Below are positions 20,954 to 32,101 of a stretch of DNA of 64,000 bases, piece by piece. This DNA comes from Corallochytrium limacisporum Hawaii (taxonomy: Eukaryota > Protista > Pluriformea), in contig PDIP01000011.1 of NCBI GenBank assembly GCA_002811645.1, positions 66,435-130,434 of the forward strand. Reading direction: 5' to 3'. How positions within the stretch are numbered: position 1 is the first letter of the stretch; every line of letters begins with the position of its first letter. The notes beneath the pieces are model-generated. The model had not been told where the DNA came from. It ran no database searches and worked only from the letters and a program-made list of their open reading frames with translations. Made by a program: the position numbers and the translations under genes.

Positions 20954-22444
20954 CTATGCATGTTTTGTAATTACTGCGATGAAAAATCCGATTGACTCAT
21001 CCTCTCTGCCTGGTTCGAAACGCTGAACCATGTCAGCAGGCACTTCATCGCCCAGGTAGCTTTGCATGCCTGGTCCCGCTAGGCGGTACTTCGGAGCCTT
21101 AAGGCGGAATCCCTCCCGAAAGAGTCGCTGATGACAGGCTGCAATCACTGCCTCGTTCTCCAGAGGATTAATGGTACACGTACTGTACACTAAGGTTCCC
21201 CCTGATGTCAGGCGTTTGAATGCAGCCTCAAGGATCTTGCGCTGATAGTCCCCGTTTCTCGACACATCGTTCAGAGTGACTCCAGTGCGTATTTCAGGTC
21301 TCTGGCCAAGAGCCGAGCAGGGTGCATCCACCAAGATGCGGTCAAAGACTTCGTCAGTTTTCCACTTGAGCACATCCCCTGTACGCACATCAACCAGCTC
21401 TGGCAGATTGAGGTCGAACTGACCCAATAGATTCCGGACATACTGTGCACGTTTCTTCGAACGTTCAACACCAACAAGAGGCTGCCAGTGTGCACGGCCT
21501 GTGTCTCCTTCCCTGCTGTCGTCACGAATACGCTTCAGAATCGATGCAATGGCTGTGGTCTTGCCACCGGGTCCGCAGCACAGATCAGCGACCCGTAAAT
21601 CCGGACGGTCCAACTGCAGCTCGTAGACTGCTGCAATGGAAGGGATATTCTGCGGGTAGACCATCTTTGTCACATCTACTTCGATCTCTTCATCAGTCGT
21701 GCTCCGTTCCACACCTTCTGCAGCTTCCTCGGCGGGAAAGAAGTGATCAAAGCTGGGGGATGAGTAGAAGACTTCTTGCATGACCACACCCACACCACGC
21801 CAATTGGGTTCCTGTCCGTCCTCGTCCCTTCCAAAAACGTCCTCACGGCCGACCAGAGCTGTACCATTGCCAATGAAGATCGGTTGTTCAATCGCTTCTG
21901 CCACCTTCCGAGCTGCTCTCAGCATTTTCCCACTCACATCAACATACACGCTGACCCGATCCCCACTTTCTACGGCCTGTGTCATGCCTAGTATACCACG
22001 GGCGTAGATGTGGCTTCCTCTCAGGACACTGCGTCCGCAACGGTGGTCTACAAAGACACGATGGAATTCGTCCAGCGGTTCCAGCTCCGTCTCGGATCGG
22101 TAGGAAGTAGGTGCAACCAACGTGTAAGGAAGGATGGGATGAGGTTCCCATTTCGTTGTGATCACAGACTTCCCGACTTTTGGTTGTATGGATGTGGCCC
22201 GTGGTAGACAGTTGATCGCCGCCAATACCTCGTCGACATTCTTAGCGCTCGACGGATTCACGCGTAGCGAGCTCAGAGTCGGCTGGTGAGCCAGAGACTC
22301 CAAAGTCCGCTTAAAGCAGAAGGTGTCCACTTCCTTAGCATAAAGATCCGCCAGGAACTTGAGCACATCATCTGCAACACGCACTTTGGCCAACGGGTGT
22401 CTTGCTCGCATCTCTACTCCGTCACCCATGGTCATCCAGTGCAT
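20954..22444 (-). CDS. NSUN6: tRNA m5C methyltransferase NSUN6-like (PUA + RsmB/NOP2 domain)
   Basis: PUA motif VD..CG.SVLRGSHIYARGI, QNIPS, DLCCGPGGKT, FDRILVDAPCSALGQRP, YSTCT....ENE and IGFFIA. First ATG at 22444; alternative at 22429. Confidence 0.88.
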   Translation of the reverse strand: MHWMTMGDGVEMRARHPLAKVRVADDVLKFLADLYAKEVDTFCFKRTLESLAHQPTLSSLRVNPSSAKNVDEVLAAINCLPRATSIQPKVGKSVITTKWEPHPILPYTLVAPTSYRSETELEPLDEFHRVFVDHRCGRSVLRGSHIYARGILGMTQAVESGDRVSVYVDVSGKMLRAARKVAEAIEQPIFIGNGTALVGREDVFGRDEDGQEPNWRGVGVVMQEVFYSSPSFDHFFPAEEAAEGVERSTTDEEIEVDVTKMVYPQNIPSIAAVYELQLDRPDLRVADLCCGPGGKTTAIASILKRIRDDSREGDTGRAHWQPLVGVERSKKRAQYVRNLLGQFDLNLPELVDVRTGDVLKWKTDEVFDRILVDAPCSALGQRPEIRTGVTLNDVSRNGDYQRKILEAAFKRLTSGGTLVYSTCTINPLENEAVIAACHQRLFREGFRLKAPKYRLAGPGMQSYLGDEVPADMVQRFEPGREDESIGFFIAVITKHA

Positions 22445-22716
22445 TCTTGCGGACTGCCAATATGCTACCCCCCGGAGGCTCAAGGATCCCTCCCCTGTGC
22501 GCTCTACCAGAACAGTTTTGTAAGGCTATCGCAGCTCTGTAATTACAGTTGCCCTGAGTCAGACATTTTCAGCATTTCAATCGTCTAAGTACCCAAGATT
22601 GTCTCTCCCAGCTGTCTGCATGCCGTGCTTGCGTCGGCCAGTGAGGATCGTAAGTGGGGCCCACCTAACTCTCTCCACTTTGACCCGCACCGTGTCCCTA
22701 AGCGCACGCCAGAATT

Positions 22717-22780
22717 AGCCCCCCCCTCTGCATCTGAAGCAGCTCCCCCCCCTGCATCAGAAGCAGCCCCCCCCCCGGGG
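22717..22780. repeat. ~24-bp C-rich tandem repeat (about 2.5 copies) ending in a CCCCCCGGGG junction
   Basis: AGCCCCCCCCTCTGCATCTGAAGC AGCTCCCCCCCCTGCATCAGAAGC AGCCCCCCCCCCGGGG. Confidence 0.8.
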
Positions 22781-23524
22781 TCCCGCTCTCTTGTGGGTAT
22801 CCCAAGCTCAATCCACGAGGCCAGAGGGATGTCTTGAGTCCCGCGCTTCCCATTCTACAGCCTGTACCTTTTTTTTGCTATTCTATTTTGCCTAGGAAGG
22901 GAAGGTCAGCGAAAAGACTGTGGTTATGCAATCGCGGCAGGCGCAAACAGGGAGGTAAAACCGGAGAGGGCTGTGCTTCTTAAGAAGTATCGTAATCATT
23001 CTCGGGCCTAGGACCGCGTTATTTTTTTTTTTGTCTTCTGTACTTTGCCCATCCTTAGAGTCGTTTCCATGGACCATTCGTTCGTCGTTGTACTTTCAGT
23101 ACTGAAACCGCGACCCATTCCTTCTCGCCAGCAGCTTTCCCACCCCTGAGGTCTCTGTGGCCGCAGTGTTGCCAACCTTTGAGGACCTTTACCCGCCATG
23201 ACCTAGCGGTTGCCTTTGACCAGGTTGAACAAACAGGTATACAACAATCTGAGTCGCTTGCGATATCAAAGCCGTTGCTGTGTTTAATTGTGCATTCAAA
23301 CGGGTTACGTAACGTGTGCGACGGGTCACGACAAGATTGACTAGGGGAGCAATTAACCACCAACGGCCAGCAACACTCGTGTCCGCTGGAGTGTGCAATA
23401 TTTTAATAGGCGTCGACCAAAACCGTGTAGCTCGACGGTAAGACCCTCATGGATTGGTCAACATATACACTCTGGGTGACAACCAAACGTTTACAGTGAA
23501 AGTGGTCCCAATCTAAGTGACCAA

Positions 23525-24556
23525 ATGGAAAACATGAAACCATCCGGCGTTAACAACGCTGGTATTCAGACCGCGTCCTTTGTAGTTGTGACGCTGCTGA
23601 CATGCAGCTACAGTCTCTTGGTCGAGGGATCTAAGAATGATGCGACTAATGGATATGCATACGACTCTGCCACAGTTGTTGTTGCAGCAGAAATGTTCAA
23701 ATGGGGCCTGAGTGCCTTTCTGTTGAATCGGGATTTGAAATCGGGAAATCTGCCTTCTGGCCGTGAGGTCACCTTTACACAGAAGATAAACCAACAGTTC
23801 ACAGCGCAAGAGCTGCTCAAGTATAGTGTACCGGGTCTGATATACTTTATCAATAACAATTTGGTCTTTCTGGCATTACGTCACTTGAGCCCGCCTAAGT
23901 ACCAACTTCTGAGCAATTTCAAGATTGTGTCCACCGCGGTACTCTTCCGCGTCATCATGAACCGGCACCTCACTAACCACCAATGGATTGCTGTTATCCT
24001 CCTTACTGTTGGGTGTTGCATCCCCGAGCTTGATGCGCTGAACCGGAGCGAGAACGATGTGATTCATCTTAACGATGAACAGATTGAACCCATTCCAGTG
24101 GCCAATACTTTTGGAGAGTTTATCGGTCTCGGTGTGGTTATTATTATCTCCCTGCTCAGTGCAGCTGCCGGTGTCTACACAGAGTGGATGCTAAAGGGCA
24201 GTCAGCAAAGCATTCACCTGGAGAACATGAAACTATACACTTCTGGCATTGCCATGAACTTTGCGCTGCTCACCTACCGCAGGGGTATAAACATCGCCGG
24301 CTATTTCTTTGAGGGGTGGGACCTCGTCACTTTCATCATCATGTTGAACCTTGCATTGAATGGTGTGGCCATATCCTTTGTCATGAAGTATGCAGACAAC
24401 ATTATCAAGCTGTTTGCAGGCGCCACTGCCATGTTCATGAGCATGTTCCTCAGCTCTGTCTTCTTTGGCTACGAGGTTGATCCTCCCTTGGTTGCCGGTG
24501 CGACTGTGGTATCATGTGCTATGTACACTTACAGCGTGCGTGAAACCCAGACATAG
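23525..24556 (+). CDS. SLC35A-family nucleotide-sugar transporter (CMP-sialic acid/UDP-Gal/UDP-GlcNAc type)
   Basis: 343 aa, about 10 TMs. AEMFK, YSVPGLIYFINNNL, YQLLSNFKIVSTA, LSAAAGVYTEWMLK and MKYADNIIKLFA. Confidence 0.92.
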   Translation: MENMKPSGVNNAGIQTASFVVVTLLTCSYSLLVEGSKNDATNGYAYDSATVVVAAEMFKWGLSAFLLNRDLKSGNLPSGREVTFTQKINQQFTAQELLKYSVPGLIYFINNNLVFLALRHLSPPKYQLLSNFKIVSTAVLFRVIMNRHLTNHQWIAVILLTVGCCIPELDALNRSENDVIHLNDEQIEPIPVANTFGEFIGLGVVIIISLLSAAAGVYTEWMLKGSQQSIHLENMKLYTSGIAMNFALLTYRRGINIAGYFFEGWDLVTFIIMLNLALNGVAISFVMKYADNIIKLFAGATAMFMSMFLSSVFFGYEVDPPLVAGATVVSCAMYTYSVRETQT

Positions 24557-24916
24557 AGCAACTTAGCGCTTGTTCCTTTCGATTATAAACCGATGTAGTA
24601 AGCTCTTGACTTTCGTTGTGGATACCCTTGACTACGGACCGAAAATGCATCGCCGAGCTAGCGAGGGCGACCCCCCGGGAGGGGGGGTCCGTCTAGTCTT
24701 CTCTCCCGCCGCAGCAGCTCCGAAGGGTTCCAAAGTGGGAATGGACTGGGCGATCTCCCACTGAGTCAAACGGGGCACCGGTCAGATGGTCGTTGACGTC
24801 GGAACGAGCTCGAGCGCCAGAAAGGTGCTATATGAAAGAAGGGCTCACGGATACATTTAATCAGTCAATGTGATGGAGAAAGTAGCAATAAAGGAGGCAT
24901 AGAAGAAATAGCGACC

Positions 24917-25746
24917 ATGTTCAGAGTCTTGGGGTCACCGAGTCCGTTGTTGACACCGTCAGGTATGGGCACAGCTCTTGCTCGACGTTCTTTCACGGAC
25001 GGCCAGCGCAAGCCCGACGACTACCAGTGCGCGGTAATCCAGGGGGCTAGCAGAGGCATTGGATTGACTTGGGTGAAACACTTATTGCAGAGAGATTGTC
25101 CGAAGGTCTATGCAACCTGCCGAAACATCGAGGGCTCCAGGGGTCTGAAGCACCTACAGCTGGCTTATGCAGACAGACTGACTGTACTCCAGCTGGATCT
25201 CACAGATGAAGATAGCATTTTGCAAGCAGCCAAGGCTGTGAAGGCAAATCACAAGGAGGTTGACCTGCTGATCGCCTAGACGTCCTCGCGGAGACGACCA
25301 TTCGTAAACTGTCAGCTCGAGGTGCTCTGAACACATACGCCATCAACACAGTAGGTCCCATGCTCGTACTCAAGCATTTCCTTCCTTTGCTTACTGCTGG
25401 CAAAAACCTGAGTGTGAGTGCGTCGATCAGCGCCCGAGTAGGGTCCATCAGTGACAATGGCATCGGTGGGTGGTACTCGTATCGAGCAAGCAAGGCAGCG
25501 CTGAACCAAATGAACAAATGCTTGGCCGTGGAGGTTGGACGGAACAAGAAGTCATTATGCACTATTGTTCTGCACCCTGGAACGGTGGACACTGATTTAT
25601 CAGCACCGTACCAGAAGGGAGTCCCGGAGGGCAAAGTATTCACTAAGGAGTACAGTGTGGATCAGATGATGAAGATCTGCAACGCGGTAGATGAGGAAGA
25701 CAGTGGGAAGTTCTACGCTTGGGATGGTAAAGAGGTTCCATACTGA
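24917..25746 (+). pseudogene. C-factor/CsgA-like short-chain dehydrogenase, frameshifted at ~25276 (disrupted gene or assembly error)
   Basis: Frame A: QGASRGIG...LQLDLTDEDSI...VDLLIA* (stop 25277-79). Frame B from 25276: LDVLAETTIRKL...YAINTVGPMLVLKHF...SARVGSISDNGIGGWYSYRASKAALNQ...LHPGTVDTDLS. Confidence 0.85.
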
Positions 25747-25856
25747 TGTTTGAAATGTTCAATATAACTAAAAATTGTAAAAAGCCAATAGTATCGCCAG
25801 ACTAGACTAATTTTCTTTATTGGGTTCCTAGTCTGGCTCCTGTGTGGCCAAAACCC

Positions 25857-26726
25857 TTAACTCGGTTGCGACGGAGGCTGGGGGCAGTTGACTGAAACTG
25901 TTGCCATACCATCCGCGTTCAGGGCAACGAGCTGATTAATGGCGAAGTTTACAGTGGAGCCGACGATGTTCTCGCAATAGTTGAGGTAGTAGCCGTCGGG
26001 GTACTCTGGTCCACCTGGGTACAACCAACCGTAATACTTACCGTTGGCGTCCGTGTAGCCTTCGGCATCGGCATTTGCGACAATGTCTCCAGGAGGACAG
26101 CCACCGCAGCTGGATGCATGCCACACGTCAGAGATCAGCACCATCTGTTCACCTTCTGAGAAAGCCAAATCGAGATTTTGGGTGCAGATATTGCCAAGAG
26201 GGGAGGAAGTGCAGTCAACGTTAGAATAGCCATCAATGGTGACGTTTGCGTTACCGTGGCTAAAGTCTTCCGTGAAGTTGGCGTAGTGTACCTTGCCGTC
26301 ACACATTGTGGACTTGACGAAGTATTTCTGATCATAATCACCCTGCAAAGAGCTGGTGAGCACACTACGGTATGGGAAATTATGAACACCTGGCCGGGTG
26401 ATCTCCTTGCAGGTTACATTGGGATGGCATTTGGCGAGGTCACAGAGGGGACCGGTCTTAACGTCAAAGCCGTCGATAGGGAACGCGTAGATGTCCTGCT
26501 GGACGCAGAAATAACTGTCCCCTTCCGGAACGAATACCTCAGCTGTAGCGCTAAGATACTCGTACTTGTAGTTTCTGTTTGATTGCAAGAAGTAGGGCGT
26601 GATGGCTTCCTGCCAATTGAAAGTGGTATCTGTGACGTGGGGAAATTGATCCGGGCAAGGCCTGCTCATGCCGTGGGCGGTGGCCACGAGGGCAAGGCCG
26701 AGGATGGTAACCTTGGAAGTGTTCAT
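25857..26726 (-). CDS. Secreted Cys-rich acidic protein of unknown function
   Basis: 289 aa. Signal peptide MNTSKVTILGLALVATAHG, about 13 Cys, several NxS/T sites, strong coding-like codon usage. Confidence 0.75.
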   Translation of the reverse strand: MNTSKVTILGLALVATAHGMSRPCPDQFPHVTDTTFNWQEAITPYFLQSNRNYKYEYLSATAEVFVPEGDSYFCVQQDIYAFPIDGFDVKTGPLCDLAKCHPNVTCKEITRPGVHNFPYRSVLTSSLQGDYDQKYFVKSTMCDGKVHYANFTEDFSHGNANVTIDGYSNVDCTSSPLGNICTQNLDLAFSEGEQMVLISDVWHASSCGGCPPGDIVANADAEGYTDANGKYYGWLYPGGPEYPDGYYLNYCENIVGSTVNFAINQLVALNADGMATVSVNCPQPPSQPS

Positions 26727-27799
26727 GATGTAATGTGGAGACTATTCATAAACTGAATTCTACAAATTTTTGTCTGCGCTTGATGCTGATCCATCTTCCA
26801 TTTCCTCCTCTACATGTGTCCGATCCACATTTAAATACCCTTTTGAGTCGTCAAGTTCCTTGTCACATATTTGAGCGTGGTCCAATACAAAGAAAAAACT
26901 CGAGGATATCCCCACAATAATTTAGTAACGACTCGGAGTTCGACGTCTAATTCATAAAACAGCCTCGCAAGTCTAATCATTGTGTAACCTTTCACCAGTC
27001 TTGGGTGTGGTGGAGTACATCACTTTGTTGCCCTTTCCCCCCCCCCCCACGTACCCAAAGTCCCGCTGGCAGGCTGATACCTACACTATTAACGATTAGT
27101 GAACCCGCCCGCTTCGCGCCGTCCCCGTTTAGGAAGTTTTTTTTTGCTGCGGAAGCATAACGGTTAAAAGGTTAGGTGAGGCTCAGAGGCGAACTGCTGG
27201 CAACAGAGTCACTGCGACTGGGGCCTGGTACTATTTGCTGCATTGCACCGTCGGTGGGTTTTTTGTTAGACAAACCCTCCCCGCTTCAAACCCCTTCTTA
27301 CCCCCTCCCTCCCTTTTCAAGAACGTCGGCTGTTGCTTTCAGCCCGGCCTGCTTTACTGTACTGGACTATCGAGAGGAACGAACTTTCTTCAGGAACCGC
27401 TCCCTGTTCCACCGTACTCGAATAAATGGCGTTCGTTTTCGAATGCGAGGAGGGGGGTATCACCCATAATTTGGGTAGCTGCTGAGCCGGGCTTCTGTAG
27501 AATTTTCTCTGCCGGCGACGGGAGGGCGAGACAACCCGCAGTTGTGTGGCAAAGTCATGCCTGTGCTTCGATTCTATTCCCTTTATACTCACAGGATGCG
27601 GAACAGTGAAAAGTTTGTCCCGATGCACACAATTGATTCCCAAAAGGGGGAAAGTCCAGACGTGATGATGGTTGATGTTTGAGTGGCCTGAATTGAGCTA
27701 CAATCGGCGGTGCATGAGCAAGCATGCAATATGCCACGAACCTATACACTCACTCTATCACCTCATAGAGGACAGTGAACTATGCATGGTGTATACTAC

Positions 27800-28350
27800 G
27801 CCTATAACTCATTATGAAATTTGACCTTGTCAATGTATGCTTTGACCAACTGCGTGCTCAAGACCAATTGTTGAAGACGGAAAATGCCACGGTTGGTGGT
27901 ACGAACAATATACTGATGTGTTGCCGCAGAGCCAATACCCTTCAGAGAACCGGGGTGTGGGCGTGGTTGGCGTGCACATAGCAAAACCATGGCCTGCAGG
28001 GTCAGACAGCTGCGACATAATTTGTTACGTCCCTTGATATCTCCTAAATACCCGCAAGGATGGTTGAATATGGACAGGTCACGGACATTCAATAGATTTG
28101 CCGTCCAATGCAAGCTAGTAGTTCTGTTACAATTGACTGTGGCTATTCCAGCACCCGCCGGGGCGAATAGTAGATTCAGATAGTCTCGTAGGAAGTACAC
28201 AGCAGAACGGGGACCGGCAGTTGCGGGCGTTGGGTACTCCACAGCAGCAGAGTGCCCGCGAACGGTTTTGCGCTTGCCCGGCAGAAGGCATTTCCCTCTA
28301 GCAACCCTCAATTGCAGTGTTGATGTCCCCTGGGAGTCGTGCGGGCGCCC
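27800..28350 (-). mobile_element. Degenerate Tc1/mariner-superfamily (pogo/Fot1-like DDE_1) transposase remnant
   Basis: Across frameshifts it reads CYVHANHAH...ALRQHISILFVPP / RLQQLVLS..LVKAYID, resembling the DDE_1 pattern D.H.SH...NI.LLFLPP.....LQPLD....KAY. Confidence 0.45.
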
Positions 28351-29322
28351 TCTTACTGTCAGACTTGCGCACACCTGCCAACTTTTTCCTGTGGGCCCGG
28401 TTTGTCGTTGTGGAAAACAGGCAGACACTTGCTCACTCGGGGCCAGTACGAGAAAAGTACGAGAAAAGTACAAGGTGTTCGCGCGTATGTCTCAGGAACA
28501 GATGCAGGCTCCATGGAAGCAAAGCACATATTGAGTCGTCGGTAAGACAAGAAAGGCGGGGACGGCAAGACACAAATATATTTTTTTTTCTTAAATCGAA
28601 CCATCGAACCTGGAGCTTTCGCTGAATTGGCTACCAAATACCTTCGAAAAGTTCTTCAATTTCATTGTAATTCCACTATATCATAAAGCAAATGTGGCGG
28701 CCGCTTGCCATTCACGTCCAGTTCCGACTGTACCTTGTTCACGAGCGCTGTGTTATATCACAAGGGACACTGACACGCTCTCGATGCCCGCCGTCCAGCC
28801 GCCCCCTGAAGTGCACCAATGCATGATAGTGACCCGATTTCTCTATTGTGGTGAACTTAATAATACCCCCTTTTTATATATTCAACAAAGCTATCTGTCT
28901 TCACCCCAAGCTTGGGAGCGAGGGGGGAGGGGGGTTGGTTGCGGGCGGGTCTGGTGAGGTCATACCCTTTCCGAATAGTTGCTGGTTGGGGTGCGGAGAT
29001 CGATCGAAGTGAACTCGATGTACGGCCTGAATGATGTTTCTTTTCACTGCTTGTATGGGATGCTCAAGGATTATGATGTTGGAGACCCTAGTCGTGTAGT
29101 TCTGACCACTCGCGGTCATAGCACACGGCCACCTCCGTTTGTGTTGGACCGTACGCGGCGCTGCCGCCCGATTGCCTTACATAATCTTTAGATACTCACA
29201 GGACGTCATCCATACCCAGAATTCTGGAAGAAATAGATTCTTTATTGTAGTTGGTCGGTCTCAGGATCTTGTGAGCTACCCATGTTTTCACCACGCATCT
29301 GTTCGGTTTTCATCTATCCTTC

Positions 29323-30771
29323 TTACGTGGATTTCTCCTTGCTGTTCTGAATTACCTCGATGCGCTCCAGCATGGGTGGATGACTGTACTTGCGGGTGCT
29401 GTAGAGCCAGTCCGGATCTGGGAACCCAAGGTTGTCTGCGTTGATCTTACGCAAAGCCGTTACCAGACTCTCCTTGAAGCCTTGGTCAATGGCATATCGG
29501 TCAGCTTGGAACTCAAAGGTACGGGACAGATAGTTCAGCACGAATCCAAAGATCTCAGACGGCAAAATCAATGCCCCTGTGGCAATCACATACATCCCAA
29601 AGATGATGGGCTTCTCGTGCTCAAATCCGATAGCCTTGTACAGATTGTCATAGTCCATCAGTGCAGCAATCACACTGAAAGTGAACAGGCTCACAATCTG
29701 CTGCAAGACAAAGAATAAGATAGTATGCATGTGGGCCCAGTGACCGAGTTCGTGGGCGAGGATGGCGCAGACCTCGCGATTGGTGCATCCCTCAGATTCT
29801 TCCTTATCATTGCGCTTCTTCTCCCTGTCTGGAAACACTAGCTCTCTTGTCTTCAAGTCCACCAGAGTGTCGAAGAGTACGATGCGCTTCTCAATCAAAC
29901 CAAAGAAGAATGCATTGGAATGATTGGACCGATTACTGGCGTCCATGACGAAGAGCTTGGCCAGTGGAAACTTGACTGACACAGCCAGGTTCTCAATGTC
30001 TGTCTTAAGGGAACCCTCCGGCATTTCCACGTAGTTATCAAAGAGGGGTGCAATGTAAGCAGGGAAGATGCTTATCATGATCAAGCTGAAAACGAACACG
30101 AAGCCAGCAGCCATAAACACAACATACTCACCACCGTAACGCAGAATAGGAATCAGGATGGAGATAAGAATGGTCGTGAAGACGACGTTTAGAGCAAATT
30201 TCTTCAGTGTATCCCTGATCCAAAACGAAATGGTCTGGTTGTTGAACCCGTGGCGCTCCTCAATGACAAAATGATAGTAGTAATCCCAGACAGAGTCAAA
30301 GATCAGATCCCAGACCATGAACGCAGAAAGCACTAGGATGGTCTGCAACACCTCGTAATCAGGCCGGGGAGTGAATCCGTACTGATCCATGTACTCACCT
30401 ACAAGGCCCCAGACTACGGCATGCAACCCAAAGAACAGCCACACGGACTGCTCACATTGGCTGTAGAGCCCCTTGGCACAGCCAAAATAGTTTTTGTCCA
30501 TGGAATATAGTCTACTACGCTCGTACTGCTCATCGTCCATGAGCAAGTGCACGTTCGGTTTTGGGGTCTCCTGTGCATACTTCACTCGTTGCCGATAGTT
30601 TAGGTACTGATCCCACAGTTGCTTGGTCCAGGTTAGTACCAAAAGCGCATAAAGAACATCCTGGGGTGCCAACGACTCCAACCATGAACGTGGCCGCCGT
30701 TTCTCCACCAGGCCGATGTCAGCCAACAGAGAATCCAGAGACGAACCCAGCGATCCCAATACGTCACTCAT
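29323..30771 (-). CDS. STE24: CAAX prenyl protease 1 (Ste24/ZMPSTE24, peptidase M48)
   Basis: Y..FVIEERHGFN.QT, DAS.RS.HSNAFFFG..KRIVLFDTL, zinc site AILAHELGHW, SRTFEFQAD and YSHPPMLERI. First ATG at 30771. Confidence 0.96.
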   Translation of the reverse strand: MSDVLGSLGSSLDSLLADIGLVEKRRPRSWLESLAPQDVLYALLVLTWTKQLWDQYLNYRQRVKYAQETPKPNVHLLMDDEQYERSRLYSMDKNYFGCAKGLYSQCEQSVWLFFGLHAVVWGLVGEYMDQYGFTPRPDYEVLQTILVLSAFMVWDLIFDSVWDYYYHFVIEERHGFNNQTISFWIRDTLKKFALNVVFTTILISILIPILRYGGEYVVFMAAGFVFVFSLIMISIFPAYIAPLFDNYVEMPEGSLKTDIENLAVSVKFPLAKLFVMDASNRSNHSNAFFFGLIEKRIVLFDTLVDLKTRELVFPDREKKRNDKEESEGCTNREVCAILAHELGHWAHMHTILFFVLQQIVSLFTFSVIAALMDYDNLYKAIGFEHEKPIIFGMYVIATGALILPSEIFGFVLNYLSRTFEFQADRYAIDQGFKESLVTALRKINADNLGFPDPDWLYSTRKYSHPPMLERIEVIQNSKEKST

Positions 30772-31432
30772 GTCTGCCACTTGTTCACTGTACTTAAATG
30801 TTCGTTCGGATCCTTTCCTCCCACACTGCGCCTTTGGTCGCTGTTTGAATGCTCTGATATACGAGCTTACATACCTTAGCGCTATTGCTCGCACCAGGGG
30901 GAGTCGTCTTTCGCTGCGGAGACCCAAGTGAGGCTACGGAAGAAAATATCAATATCCGTATAATTTTAAATCAGTATACTACCGTTAAATCTAGAAAATA
31001 TAAAACTCTGGAGGCAAAATCAGAGAAAAAGTATATTTATACATACATAGACCAACTATAATGTACCAGGGTTGGAGGCACAACAAACACTGCAACGGAA
31101 CTCGATGCGATTGGTTGGGGGAGAGGGGCAGTGGGTCCGGTACTGTACCACACTGCTGGAGGTAGTGCCCACCCTCCCTTCCGTGGTGGCTATTTGAAGA
31201 ATAGGGGGCCGCTGTCCAGAAATGTCATTTTTCAAGAGTCATTGTCGAGAGAGATTGAGAATGATTTGACGACAAGCAAGAGTGGACAACACGTCAGGGT
31301 CGACTAGGAAGGATTTGACGACAAGCATCAGTACAAAACACTCAGGGTAGCTTTTCAGTGGAACCGAATGAATACTTTCTGACATACACGCAGGCACGGA
31401 TACATAGACACTCTTGTACACAAACACCCACC

Positions 31433-31777
31433 ATGGCTCAGGATCAGACTAGCTCCTTTGGGTCCACAGTAGACACGGTGATCAAAGCGTACTACAAAGA
31501 AACTCCTGCGAAGCTGCAAATTCTTGACGTCTACCTTGCCTTTTTACTGGCCACAGGAATCCTACAATTCGTCTATGTGTTCATCAGTGGAGGATTTCCA
31601 TTCAATGCCTTCTTGGCCGGATTTATTAGTTGTGTAGCCTCATTTGTGCTTACAGTAGGATTACGCATGCAGCATACTGTCGTAAACGGGAAGGCTGTGA
31701 CCCCTGGGAAGGTTATCAGTGATTATTTTGTCTGCCATGCTGTCTTGTTCCTCGTCATTGCTATGTTCATGGGATGA
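31433..31777 (+). CDS. DAD1: Oligosaccharyltransferase subunit DAD1/Ost2
   Basis: TPAKLQILDVYL, GILQFVY, GFPFNAFLAGFISCVASFVL.V.LR.Q and C-terminal FMG. ATG in CCACCATGG context at 31433. Confidence 0.96.
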   Translation: MAQDQTSSFGSTVDTVIKAYYKETPAKLQILDVYLAFLLATGILQFVYVFISGGFPFNAFLAGFISCVASFVLTVGLRMQHTVVNGKAVTPGKVISDYFVCHAVLFLVIAMFMG

Positions 31778-32101
31778 GCACAATAACGGGAATGTAAACA
31801 TGCGTAAAGTAGAGAAACAATACAAGCTTTTCTCAAATCGTCAGTGACTCCGTCTATGACTCTTTAAGGCGTATTTCGTTTAATAGTAAAGGTGGGATTG
31901 ATTTCAAAATTGATGTGCGAAGGTGTTAGAAAAGTGTGGTGAACCTTTGAAAAAAATACCGTTTGTGATATCTCTCTTTTCTATCTCCAAGCCTTCTAGG
32001 TAGAAAAGCAAGGACGAAAGACAACATGTTTTGAATGTCATGCAATGGAACATAAAAATGTAAAATGGATTTTTGAAAGATATAAAGCTGTGTGAAACCA
32101 T

